This document shows, piece after piece, positions 25,986 to 43,533 of a DNA stretch of 64,000 bases. The DNA comes from the human T2T-CHM13v2.0 reference genome, Homo sapiens. The translations under genes were made by a program, and so were the position numbers. The notes under the pieces are model-generated. The model made no database searches. It was not told where the DNA came from and saw only the letters and a list, made by a program, of their open reading frames with translations. The DNA is taken from the NCBI RefSeq assembly GCF_009914755.1, contig NC_060937.1; one strand, 5' to 3'. Within the stretch, counting starts at the first letter, position 1, and every line of letters begins with the position of its first letter.

Positions 25986-27269
25986 AAGGTTTTTATTTTC
26001 TATAGACATGCTGGACAATTAATCACATTCAGGATTTTAAAAATCAGTATGTTGTTTCCCGCTCTCTGTTTGCTAGTATTCTGAGGAAGGATCCAAGTAA
26101 ATTCTGCTTTTATGCAATTTGAAATGAAGAGATGTGTTTTATTAACCTGTTAGCCATGGGTGACATCTTATTATAATAGTAATTTTTATTTCCGTCATCA
26201 GTGTTCTCACAGCAGCATCCCTTTACACTCACATCTACTTTGTATTAACATTGTAGACCCAGTATTTATCATATCAGAGTGTATATTTAAAAACCAAGCA
26301 GGCATTAAGGCAGGGTGTTGCTACTGGCTTACAGTAAGGTAAATTATAAAAATTTTAAAAAATCAAATATTTGTGTCTGGGCTCACTAATTATTATTTTC
26401 TTTCTTATCTGAATGATCTGCATAAATGACCGTTAGGACACATAAATCAAGATCAATGCAACATTAAGTTGGCCAAGGCACAGTAGTGTTGAATTGAGTA
26501 GCCGATGTGGTCAACAAACAGGAAACGTGTGAGAAGTCATCCAGATACAATGAGGTCATTCCTGACCCTTACTCTCATCCCCCAGATGCTTAAAATTATA
26601 GCTTAATGTTTTTATTTTTCTTCTGTGGAAGAGGAACTGATGACACGAAAACCTATCAACCCTGAATTGTTGGGTAAATGTGAAGTTCAGTTAAGGCTCA
26701 TTGGGTCAGATTCAAAATAATAAAATGATCATCAGTGCCCTTGAAGTAGAGACCACAGTGGGATGGAGTGAAATTAGTTTCCTGACTAGACAGCATTCTC
26801 AGGGCTGCGGAGCTGTGCTGATGTACACATCTTTGAATATACACTCCCCCTACTCACACATATGCACATAGCAAGAAGGTAGTGGTATCATTGCACTAAT
26901 ATTTGCACCTGTAATTTTCTGGATTGATACTAATAAAACATAGACATTTGCTTATCCCAAAGGCTGTGACTGAGATCACATATGTTTTTTGCTTTTAAAC
27001 TGTTTTATGTTTTTTAACATTTATACAATGAACAGGAATTATATTCATGATTGAAGAGCAAAGTGACATATTTAAAAAATTTTAAAGGATAATATTTGTA
27101 TTTCTTAGCTATTAATTATCTCAGTAAATCATAATTTCCATTGATAATCCAATAGGCACAGTGCTAACAGAAGGAAACATGTAAACTCCCAACTCTTTAC
27201 AAGCTAACTGTATTTTTATAAAAGCTAATCATTTATATTTTATATACTTCAGACTTCAGGCTATTACAT

Positions 27270-28030
27270 ACTTTTTAGTGTATAAAATTGAAGGATAATT
27301 TACTTACAGTGAAATATGCTGATTTTAAAAATATAATTTGATCCATTTTAAAAATGTAGACCCCCCCCCCATATAATGTACAGCCTGCCATGGTTTGAAT
27401 ATGTCCCCCAAATTTCATGTGTTGGAAACTTAATCCCTAATGTGGCAGTATTGAGAGGTGGGGTCTTTAAGAGATGATTGAATCATCAGAACTCTGCCCT
27501 CATGAATGGATGAAGCTATTCATGGATTAATGGATTAATGGGTTATTATGGGAGTTGGACTGGCGGCTTTATAAGAAGAAGAGAGACCTGGGCTAGCATG
27601 TTAGCATGCTCAGCCCCACTGCCTGGTGATACCCTGCATCACCTCAGGACTTCAGAGTCCACACCACCAAGGAGGCTCCTACTAGATGTGGCTCCTTGAC
27701 CTTGGACTTCTCAGCTTTCATAACTGTAAGAAATTCCTTTTCTTTATAAATTACCCAGTTTCAGGTGTTCTATTATAAGCAACAGAAAATGGACTAAAAC
27801 ACGTCCTTATCAAGATATAGGCTATTTCCAACTCCTTATCACCTTTGTGACCCTTCCCAGATAATCACAAACACTTCTCCAAGCAACCACTGATCATATT
27901 TCTCTTCTCATAGATTAATGTGCCAGCTCTAAAATTTCATATCGATGGAATCATGCATAGTGTATGTATGCACCCTTTTGAGTTTGACTTTCCTCACTCA
28001 GCGTAATGAGTTGAAATTTATCCACAAAGA
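27270..28030 (-). mobile_element. L1M 3' end interrupted by MST LTR
   Basis: 'aaggataatttacttacagtgaaatatgc' before and 'atcaagatataggctatttcc...caaccactgat...ttcatatcgatggaatcat' after the LTR. Confidence 0.7.
27386..27801 (+). mobile_element. MSTB-type MaLR solo LTR
   Basis: tgccatggtttgaatatgtccc...aatggactaaaaca; degenerate TSD cagcc/cgtcc. Confidence 0.88.
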
Positions 28031-28134
28031 AAGGAAATGCATCTTTATAGAAGTTAGTGAGACTTCCTCAGAAGGGGACCAAGAAGCCATCTTTAGAAAT
28101 CAAATATTGAGTAAGGAGATTTTCTTCACAACCT

Positions 28135-28540
28135 CAGTTGGGAAGACCCACATGGCTGCGGGCTGGAGGATCCACTTCCAAGACCTTTTCACTCACATAT
28201 CTGGCCCCTGCACTGGGATGGCTGAACATGAGTTTAGCTGGGACTTTGAGAATTAATCAGCTACATGTGGCCTCTGTACGTGGCTTGGGCTTCTCAAAGC
28301 ATGGAACTCAGATCCAAGAAGGAATGTTTTGAGAGAGGCCCTCATGAGAAAGAGCATTCCAACTCAATCAGGCAGAAGTGGCATACCCTTTTATGACTGA
28401 GCCTTGTGAGGCTCACATGGATCACCTCCATGACCCTGCTAAAGCAATCATACACCCACTCAGATTCAAGGGGAAGGGATACAGGCTCCAACTCTCAATG
28501 GGAGGACTGTCAAAGAAGTTGTAATAATTTTCTGGCAGCT
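28135..28540 (-). mobile_element. MLT1G/H-like MaLR LTR (partial)
   Basis: 'gggctggaggatccacttccaaga', 'cagattcaaggggaagg..acaggctccaactctcaatggg'. Confidence 0.7.
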
Positions 28541-28740
28541 TCTATGAATAATGAACGTATGGATTGTGTGTCAGAATTAGGTGGTCTACTACCTACTTAG
28601 GGCAAGTTTAAAGGAGAAAAAGTTGAAATATATGGTTTTTGCATGATCAGCTAGAATAGTTTAAGTGGGAATAATAAGAAATTCTATGCACAGGGAACTG
28701 ACTAAAGTAAAGGTTCTGCCATGTCAATAATGGAGGTGAT

Positions 28741-29033
28741 GACTAGGCGCAGTGGCTCATGCCTGTAATCCCAGCACTTTGGGGGCCAAGGAAGGTGGAT
28801 CACTTGAGGTCAGGAGTTCAAAACCAACCTGGCCAACATGGTGAAACCCCGTTTCTACTAAAAATACAAAAATTAGCTGGGCATGGTGGGTGCCTGTAGT
28901 CTCAGCTACTTGGGAGGCCGAGGCACCAGAATCACTTGAACTTGGGAGGCAGAGATTGTGGTGAGCCAAGATTGCACCACTGTACTCCAGCCTGGGTGAT
29001 AGAGCAAGACTCTGTCTTGGGGGAAAAAAAAAA
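28741..29033 (+). mobile_element. AluS (Sx/Sz-like)
   Basis: Full dimer; 'gaggtcaggagttcaaaaccaacctggccaacatggtgaaacccc'; TSD aatggaggtg. Confidence 0.92.
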
Positions 29034-29362
29034 TGGAGGTGGTGAGTGAAGAGTGTCACAGCACAGCAGGAGAGAATCAGCAGTAGAGAAACAGTGTCAC
29101 AGAGCAGCAGGAGAGAAGCAGGAGAGAAGCAGAAAAAGACCATTAAGGAATCACGGATTGGTGATCAGTTTCATACATTGAACAGCAGCAATGTGAGTGT
29201 CTACTTGAGGAAAGTGATTTCCCCAGGGTGCTAATGATGGCTGTATCTCTTATTGCAAAACTGTACAACAGAGGTTAGTGAGAGGAGGACTATCATTAGG
29301 AGGTGGGATAAAATATACAGATTTCTTGGAGATACAGCAAGTGCTGATCTATTTATCAGGTT

Positions 29363-30313
29363 TGTGGTAAGTAGAAGAATCCCTCCACCACCCCATCCCC
29401 CAAGATGTCTATATCCTAATCCATGGAACCTATGAATATATTAGATTGCATGACTAAGGGGAATTAAGGCTGCAGATGGAATTTGAGGTTGCTGTACTGG
29501 GTTGAATAGTATCTCCCTCCAGATTTATGTCCACCTGAAACCACCTGCATGTGGCCTTATTTGAAAATAGGGCCTTTGTAGATGTAAACACGGCAAGATG
29601 AGGTCATACTGGACTAGGGTGAGTCCTGGATCCAATGTGACTTATATTCCTATAAGAAGAGGAGAATTCGGATGTAGAAACACATGCAAATGGAGAGTGC
29701 TATGTGCAGATGGAGACATAGATTAGAGGGATGCTTCTACAAGCAAAGAATGCCAAAAATTGCTGGCAGCCACTAGTACTTGGAAAGAGGCATGAAAGAA
29801 TTCTCCCCTAGGGTGTTCAGAGAGTGCCTGGGCCTGCCAACACCTTGATTTTAAACTTCTAGCCTTCTATAAAAGAAATTTTAAGAAATAAAATAAATAA
29901 ACATCTAGCCTTAGAACAGTGAAAGAATGCATTTCTGTTGTTTAAAGCTGCCCTATTTGTGGTAATTTGTTATGGCTGTTCTTAGAGACAAATACAGTTT
30001 TGAGGCAGTCCACTGTAAGGACAAGGGACCCCATAAGTAGAAGAAGGAACCAAAAGAAAGAATCAGATATGGCGGGGTAAAAAGGACTCAGTTCCATATT
30101 ACTGGCTTTGAAGATGGAAGAAGGGGCCATGAGCCAACAAATGTGTGTGGCCTCTGAAAAGCAAGGAAATAGATTCTCCCCTAGAGCCTTCAGAGAGAAC
30201 ACAGCCCTGCCAACACTTGATTTTGCCCACTTGATGTCAGACTTCTGACCACAAGAACTGTGAGAATGGATGTGTTGGTACTTTGTTTACATCAGAAACA
30301 AGTGACTAATACA
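29363..30313 (+). mobile_element. MLT1D-like LTR, interrupted by a second MLT1
   Basis: tgtggt...ctaataca with perfect TSD AGGTT; 'gaattaaggctgcagatggaatt..aggttgc'. Confidence 0.85.
29493..29996 (+). mobile_element. MLT1C-like LTR nested in MLT1D
   Basis: tgtactgggttgaatagt...caaataca; 'gatgaggtcatactggactagggtg'. Confidence 0.85.
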
Positions 30314-30351
30314 AGGTTAGTTGATATTGGAGAGAAGGGTGAGTCAGACCC

Positions 30352-30739
30352 TGTTATGGGCTCAATTATGTCTGCAAAATTTTCCTTTATTGAAATCCTA
30401 ACCCCCAGTACCTCAGAAACTTGACTATATATGGAGATAGGACCTTTCAAGAGGTAATTCAGATAAAATGAGGTCACATGGGCAGGCCCTAGTCCAGTAT
30501 GACTGGCATCCTTGTTAGAAGAGGAGATTAGGATACAGACACACAGGGAAAAGATCATGTGAAGACAGAAGGAAAAGGCAGCCACCTGCAAGCTAAGGAG
30601 AGAGGCCTCAGGAGAAACCAACCCTACTGACATCTTGAACTCAGATTTGTAGCCACCGCAATGGTGAGGAATTATACTTCCATTGTTTAAGCCACCTAGT
30701 CAGTGGTACTTGGTTGGGCAGCACTAGCAAACTAATATA
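30352..30739 (+). mobile_element. MLT1B/MLT1A-like LTR
   Basis: tgttatgggc...ctagcaaactaatata; near-TSD gaccc/ggccc. Confidence 0.85.
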
Positions 30740-31899
30740 GGCCCCAAATTCTTCACTTTCTTCACTTTCCTCACTTTTTAGATTAAGGCTCTAAGATTCA
30801 AAGTAGGAAAAATAAATGGCTCAAGTCACATAGTGGCATTGCCACGACTGAAATCTGCATTACTTGATAGTGGCATGGAGGACTAATGAGTACTCTGGGG
30901 CTCTCCGTAGAGTTTTCACTGAGGTTTTTGGTGGTGTGGCTGCCTGTTTTTTAATTCCTTCACATCTGAACATTCAGAACTCGTTGTGTTTACATTTTTT
31001 GTCCTGCTGAGTTGAATGAAAGGCAACTCATTAAAAAAAGAAACTAAAATGGGTAAGTGGTCCAAAATTGGAAACTGAAAAAGAAAATATTCATTAGCCA
31101 CAAGTCAGGTGTGATTTTCTCTAAGATTGCATTTTGTAGTAGATTCCACTGAAAGAATATACCTCTGACATAAATTCTTAATCTGTTTTTCAAAATTCCT
31201 TTTACTCAGGAGGACTGGATGCAGGAGGATGAGCCAATTAATGGCTAAACATGTGTCTGTAAAATATGGTAACTCAACGTAATTGCTTTGTGTAGTTAAC
31301 TTGACAGTTAAGGCCATCATTCTCAAGAAATCTGTACAGGTAGACTGGACCAGAAATCATTTCCCTACCTGTCCTGTCATCCTGACACACTGCAAGGCAT
31401 GTATATATTTACATAGTTAATCCAGTTGCAAATGGAAATTAATAATATATATTACTGTATCAATTACTCCATTGCAAATTAATGTAGATTTTTTTCCTGC
31501 TTAATTTATTCAAATCAAATACCCTCAGCCTCAGGTCTTCCAAGACTCTCTTCCATCCTGGATGTAAGAGCATAATCTAAGCAGATTGTAAATTATTTAA
31601 ACTGGTCACCCTGCTCTAATACATTCTAAGTAGTTCTTGAAATCATTAATGAGGGCATCAGATCCTGCAGTCTGAGTGGCAAATTTAAAAAAAGAAATCT
31701 ATGCTGGCTTTAATTACTTTTGAAAGAATAGAGTCAGACCCTGATCTTATAAAATTCAAATCATGGGCACTTAATAACCTGGAGCAGGAAAAGAGATTGA
31801 GTTTTATACTACCCAAAGTTCCAAAACTTCAGCCCATAATATATAGGACCAGGTACTGTCTGTGGTGCCTCCTTACTTCCTGAAACTTTTTATACATTA

Positions 31900-32220
31900 T
31901 TTCTGCAGATAACAGCGTTGGAGGTATGTGTTGTTATCCCTGCTTCACAGATGAGGAAACTCATTCAGAGATTTAAATAACTTGCTCAGCTTATAAGTCT
32001 CTGAACTGAAATTCATTCTGTTGTCTATTTGATGCCAAAGCCCATGCACTTTCTACTGTATCATGGTTTACCAAGCACTTTCAAAAATATTTTATTTGAG
32101 ACACCAGAAGCCCTATGAGGTAATTCCCTTTCTTACGGTTGAGAAAGCTGAGCGTTCTAAAAACTGACCACAAATAATACAGTAGAAAATGGCCTTGGAG
32201 CACTTTCTTCTCTACCTCAA
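31900..32220 (-). mobile_element. MIR fragments
   Basis: 'ttcacagatgaggaaactcattcagag..taaataacttgctca', 'gatgccaaagcccatgcactttc'. Confidence 0.7.
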
Positions 32221-32516
32221 GTATGCACACACACACGCATGCACACACAGAGAGTTACCCCGCACCCCAGCCTTGCCTTGCTTCAGGGCAACGAGTACAC
32301 CAACTGGGTAGCCTGTGGCAAGGAAGGGGATGGGAACCATCTAGTACATCACCTCCAAGGGCCACCTATTTGTGAATCTTTTTCATAGTGAAGGATAATG
32401 CCAGAGATACCATTTACTTTTCGTTACTTCCTAGGGAAAGTACATGTGTGTTGAAGTCTTAAACTTTAGAGCTTTCTCTTATGCTGTTCATTGTCCCTGG
32501 GTTAGAGGGCTGGAGT

Positions 32517-32709
32517 TAGAGCTGCCAAATAAAATGCAGACCACCTGGTTAAATTTGATTTTTAGATAAACAATGAATAATTTTTAAGTATCAGTATATC
32601 CTAAACATTGCCTAGGATGTACTTATACTAGAAAAAATAATGTTAGTTATCTGAAATTCAGATTTAAGTGGGTGGCCTATATTTTGATTGGCTAAATCTG
32701 GCAGCCCCA
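32517..32709. mobile_element. MER53 palindromic MITE
   Basis: tagagctgccaaataaaat...ttaaatttga..agataaacaatgaataa...tatctgaaattcagatttaa...ctaaatctggcagccc; self-complementary arms. Confidence 0.85.
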
Positions 32710-32819
32710 CCTGGCATGGAAGTAGAAGTCTGTTGGAGGGAAGAGACCATGTGACCCAGTGGTCTGAGAAGTTGCTAGGCCACTGATCACAATGTCAGGA
32801 ATGCTTTTTTTTTTTTTGG

Positions 32820-34215
<1,396 letters not shown>

Positions 34216-34275
34216 AAGCCAATGTGCAGCCATGTGAGTAAATAATGCCTTTGTTCTTAGAACATAGTAAGAGAT

Positions 34276-34575
34276 GCCAGGTGCAGTGGCTCACACCTGT
34301 AATCCCAACACTTCGGAATGCTGAGGTGGGAGGACTGGTTGAGCCTACAAGTTTGAGACAAGCCTGGGCAACATCGCCAGACCTTGTCTCTACAAAAAAA
34401 AAAAAAAATTACCTGGGCATGATGTCACATGCCTGTAATCCCACATACTTTGGAGGCTGAGTTGGGAGGATTTCTTGAGCCCAGAAGGTCAAGGCTGCAC
34501 TGGGCCATGATTGTACCATTGCTCTCCAGCCTGGTTGACAGAGTGAGACCTTGTCTTAAAAAAAGAAAAGAAAAA
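34276..34575 (+). mobile_element. AluJ
   Basis: 'gcctgggcaacat', 'ttgagcccagaaggtcaaggctgca' AluJ-type. Confidence 0.9.
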
Positions 34576-34659
34576 GTAGGAGAAAAGAAAATAAACTGAT
34601 TTGTCAACACTGAAGTTTACTAGGGCACTCATTAAATAAACAAATAAGCAAATGAATAG

Positions 34660-34872
34660 ATGTGTGTGAGGACACAGTGTTCCTGCCCTTTGGAGGACAG
34701 CAATGAGGTACCATCTTAAAAGCAGAAAGCAGCCCTTGCCAGACAACCAAACCTCCTGGTGCCTTGATCTTAGACTTCCCAGTTCCAGAATTGTGAAAAA
34801 ATAAATTTCTGTTCTTTATAAATTACCTAACTACAGATTTTGTTATAGCAGCATACCATACACAGACTAAGT
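34660..34872 (+). mobile_element. MSTC/D-like MaLR LTR, 3' half only
   Basis: 'gccttgatcttagacttcccag..ccagaattgtga..aaataaatttctgttctttataaattacc'. Confidence 0.8.
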
Positions 34873-34874
34873 GG

Positions 34875-35075
34875 AAAAACCACAATCCAGATGCTAGGAT
34901 GTTTATTGCTGCAGGTTTATCATTTCTTCTAGTCTGGTTCAGTTAGAGATAGGAAATATATATTTTTTTAAAAGGGAGAAAATTATTGGTTAACAGTAAT
35001 ATTTAAAATTCAGATTTAAGATTACAGATCTCAATCTTGAAGACTGGGTTTTTACTAAACTACTTTGATTTTATA
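34875..35075 (-). mobile_element. L1MC4/5-like fragment
   Basis: 'gatgctaggatgtttattgctgc', 'ctactttgattttatac'. Confidence 0.5.
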
Positions 35076-35329
35076 CTATATATATAAAGTATAAATATTA
35101 TATAAAGTATATTTATTTTGTGGGATACATGTGCAGAACGTGAAGGTTTTTTACATAGGTATACATGGGCCATGGTGGTTTGCTGCACCCATCAACTCAT
35201 TATCTAGGTTTTAAGCCCCACATGCATTAGGTATTTCTCCTAATGCTATGCCTCCCCTTCCCCCAAAGCCCCCAACAGGCCCTGGTGTGTGATGTTCCCC
35301 TCCCTATGTCCATGTCTTCTCATTGTTCA

Positions 35330-39080
<3,751 letters not shown>

Positions 39081-39138
39081 GTGATGCTAGCTGGTTATTT
39101 TGCAAATTAGTTGCAGTTTATTCACAGTGTCGTTGGCT

Positions 39139-39712
39139 CTATATTTTGGTATGTTTTTGCAGTGGCTGGTACCGGTTTTTCCTTTCCATATTTAGAGCTT
39201 CCTTCAGGCATTCTTGTAAGGCAGGCCTGGTGGTGACAAAATCCCTCAGCATTTGCTTGTTTGTAAAGGATTTTATTTTTCCTTTGCTTATGAAGCTTAG
39301 TTTGGCTGGATCAGAAATTCTGGGTTGAAAACTCTTTTCTTTAAGAATGTTGAATATTTGTCCCCACTCTCTTCTGGCTTGTAGGTTTTCTACAGAGAGA
39401 TCCGCTGTTAGTCTGAAGGGCTTCCCTTTGTAGGTAACCTGACCTTTCTCTCTGACTGCCCATAACATTTTTTCCTTCATTTCAACCTTGATGAATCTGA
39501 TGATTATGTGTCTTGGGGTTACTCTTCTCAAGGAGTATCTTTATGGTGGTCTCTCTATTTTCTGGATTTGAATATTGTCCTGTCTTGCCTGGTTGGGGAA
39601 TTCTCCTGGACAATATCCTGAAGTGTGTTTTCCAACTTGGTTCCATTCTCCCCATCACTTTCAGGTACACCAATCAATCATAGGTTTGGTCTTTTCACAT
39701 AGTTCCATATTT
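39139..39712 (-). pseudogene. Disrupted L1 ORF1 (C-terminal part only)
   Basis: TPRHIIIRFIKVEMKEKML...RDFVTTRPALQECLKEALNMERKNRYQPLQKHTKI is the L1 ORF1p C-terminus; N-terminal part deleted. Confidence 0.9.
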
Positions 39713-40552
39713 CAGGAGGCACGGGGGTCAGGGACCCACTTGAGGAGGCAGTATGTCCATTAGCAGAGCTCGGGCGCTGTGCTGGGAGATCCACTGCTCT
39801 CTTCAGAGCCGGCAGGCAGGAACATTAAAGTCTGCTGAAGCTGCACCCACAGCCACCCCTTCCCCCAGGTGCTCTGTCCAAGGGAGATGGGAGTTTTATC
39901 TATAAGCCCCTGACTGGGGCTGCTGCCTTTCTTTCAGAGATGCCCTGCTCAGAGAGGAGGAATATAGAGAGGCAGTCTGACTACAGTGGCTTTGCCATGC
40001 TGTGGTGGCTTCTACCCAGTCTGAACTTCCCAGTGGCTTTGTTTACACTGTGAGGGGAAAATGGCCTACTCGAGCCTCAGTAATGGTGGACGCCCCTCCC
40101 CGCATCAAGCTTGAGCGTCCCAGGTCGACTTCAGACTGCTGTGGTGGCAGCAAGAATTTCAAGCCAGTAGATCTTAGCTGGCTGGGCTCCATTGGGGTGG
40201 GACCCGCTGAGCAAGATCACTTGGCTCCCTGACTTCAGCTCCCTTTCCAGGGGACTGCATGGTTCTGTCTCACTGGGGTTCCAGACACCACTGAGGTATG
40301 AAAAAAAAGTCCTGCAGCTAGCTTGGTGTCTGTCCAAACGGCTGCCCAGTTTTGTGCTTGAAATCCAGAGCACTGGTGGTGTAGGCACCCGAGGGAATCT
40401 CCTGGTCTGCAGATTGTAAAAACCATGGGAAAAGCATACTATCTGGGCTGGATAGCACCATCCCTCATAGCACAGTCCCTCACTGCACAGTCCCTCATGA
40501 CTTCTCTTGGCTAGGCGAGGGAGTTCCCTCACCCCTTGCACTTCCCAAGTGA

Positions 40553-41038
<486 letters not shown>

Positions 41039-41306
41039 AGGAACCCTTCTTGACAACAATAGCCCCACTTAGTATGTGCCACTATTATCTGGCTAATCAT
41101 ACGACTATCTTTGTGCCTTGAATTCTGCTCTAATTCTTAGAAAAAGTAGCAATTATGCTTATATATAACTAAAGAAGAAAAGGAGGATAGAAAGTTTTGG
41201 GTAAAAAAGGTAAAAAAAAAATCTCAACAAACACAAATATAATTCATGTTGTTCAAAAGATAGAGGAATTACTAATACACCCAAAATTAGTCTTAATTCT
41301 CTGCAT

Positions 41307-41502
41307 CAGTAGTTCTCAAACCTTGGCAAGCATAAGAAGCAACTGGAAGACATGAGAAAACACAGATTGTAGGGACTTATTCCTAGAGTTTCTACTTCAG
41401 TAGGGGCGTGTGTGTGTGTGTGTGTGTGTGTGCATTTTTTATTTTAAACAGGTTCCCAGGTGATCCTGATGCTGGTCCAGGGAACATACTTTGAGAATCA
41501 TG
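41307..41502. mobile_element. MER5A (hAT-Charlie) with internal (TG)n at 41409-41432
   Basis: TIRs cagtagttctcaaa...tttgagaatcatg; 'aacaggttcccaggtgatcctgatgc'. Confidence 0.8.
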
Positions 41503-42212
41503 GCTTTATCACTTCAGGAAATACCCAGTTGCCATACACAATTCAGCTTCTTTCCAACAGTAGTCAAATTAGCGATGAGGTCACCAGTAGCTACTTGAAT
41601 TTGACTGATATGCTAAGACAAAGATTCCTAACACCTGTCCAGAGCTTCCTTGGAGCACATTTATTGTTAGTAGGCTGTACTGTAATGAATCCCCTAAAGA
41701 AAAATTAGCTTTGTACAACTGTCCCTTGCATATCCTTCCATTCTGAGCCAAGGCACAACTCTGTGTGTCTGCTGGTGAGCACACATTCATTCACTATCGT
41801 TTATTATCACCTAAGGCTATGCTTACCATGCTGCAGAATCACAGCCTGAATAACCACCCAGGCAACTCTTCTTAATATCATTGTTCTGTAGGTCTGAGTT
41901 CTTTAGTGTGCAAGAAGCAGAAGAATATTTCCTGGAACTCATTTTTCCCCAAACACTTCCTTCCTGTTTTCACAGTAGTCCTCCTGCTGAAGTGGCCCAT
42001 CATACAATTAACCTTTTAAAAATGGCATATTTAGATGGCAAAGTTGGAGCTCTTGATAACATTCCCGACATTCTTCTGGGCCTTTTTCTTCCCTTCCTCC
42101 TGCCTCACTTTCTTTCTTCCAATATTTTAATGTCTCCACTGGAAAACATGCCAGAAGAATTTGGTGAGAGACTGTCACAGAAGTGTGTTAGTGTTGTAGT
42201 TCAAAAACTCAG

Positions 42213-43072
42213 TGAAGGGTGGCAGAATATGACACCCTGCCTGAAATATGCCACTGTGACAGAAAGACTTTTTTAAGTTGAAGACAATTGAGAAGATACA
42301 AGAAAAGCTCCCTGCCCTCCCTTTATTTGCTTCAAAGCAGGACTTACATTTACAAAACTGTCCCTCCTCTCTCTACCAGGAAGAACAAAATTAATCACCC
42401 TGGAGACTATACCAGAATGCAGTCCACATAATAAACTTTACTATTTAGCCTTTAGCTACCATTAGTTTCCTTTATACTTGCATTTCCACAATTTACTGTC
42501 CCTGGAGACATGGGTCCCTTTCTTTCACCTTGTCATTTCTCTTTAAGTTTATTGTTCTGTGTTGAAGACACTGTGTAAGCCAGAGTTCTAGGCCACCTCT
42601 TTGAGTTACTCATTTCTGGGCATTCCCATGTGTTATATGCATAATACACATCTTAATAAACTCATTTGGCTGAGCGTGGTGGCTCATGCCTATAATCCTA
42701 GCTCTTTGGGAGGCTGAGGCAGGAGGATCACTTGAGGCCAGGAGTTCAAGCTTAGCCTGGGAAACATAGCAAGACCTTGTCACTACGAAAAATTTTTAAA
42801 AAATTAATCAAGTATGGTGGTGCATGCTGTAGTCCCAGCTACTCAGGAGGCTGAGGTGGGGGGATCACTTGAACCAGGAAGTCTGAGGATGCACTGAGCT
42901 ATTATAACGCCATGGCATTCCAGCATGGGTGACAAAGCTATACCTTGTCTAGAGAAAAATAAATAAAATAACAATTAGAAACTTGTTTTTTTCTTGTTAA
43001 TCTGTTTTTTGTTACATGGAGCCCAGCTGAGAACTTAGAAGGGCAGAAGGAAGATTGTTTTTGTCCCCTACA
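42213..43072 (+). mobile_element. MER34-family ERV1 solo LTR interrupted by AluJ
   Basis: tgaagggtggcagaatatgacacc..aaatatgccact ... gaacttagaagggcagaagg..cccctaca. Confidence 0.8.
42668..42973 (+). mobile_element. AluJ
   Basis: 'ggaggatcacttgaggccaggagttcaag', 'aacatagcaagacc'; inserted just after the LTR AATAAA. Confidence 0.9.
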
Positions 43073-43192
43073 ATAATTTTAGAGCTAGCAAATTAAAACA
43101 CTAATACCTGTTTTTTATTGGCAATTCACATATGTAAACTTTCCAGATAAAAAGAAGTTTATCTTTTAAGCATCAGCCCCCCTCTTTTAAAA

Positions 43193-43533
43193 ATTTATTT
43201 ATTTATTCATTCATTTATTTATTTATTTGAAGAGACAGGATCTTGCTCTGTTGCCCAGGCTTGAGGTGCAGTGACACAATCATGGCACACTGTAGCCTCG
43301 AACTCCTGGGCTCAAGCAATCCTCTTGCCTTAGCCTCCTGAGTAGCTGGAACTACAAGAGCATACCACTACACTTGGATATTTTACTTTATTTTATTCTA
43401 TTTTATTTTATTTTATTTTTGTACAGATGGGGTCTTGCTATGGCAGTCTGGTCTTGAACTTCTGGCCTCAAGCAATCTTCTCACTTCAGCCTCACAAATT
43501 TCTGGGATTACAGCTGTGAGCCACCACACTGCC
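43193..43533 (-). mobile_element. AluJ with (TTTA)n tail and expanded middle A-rich linker
   Basis: 'atcatggcacactgtagcctcgaactcctgggctcaagc'; (TTTTA)n linker ~43381-43420. Confidence 0.9.

Noticed and set aside
41881-42276. 131-aa ORF in partly unique sequence
   Set aside because: TTG start, no recognisable domain, and runs into the MER34 LTR
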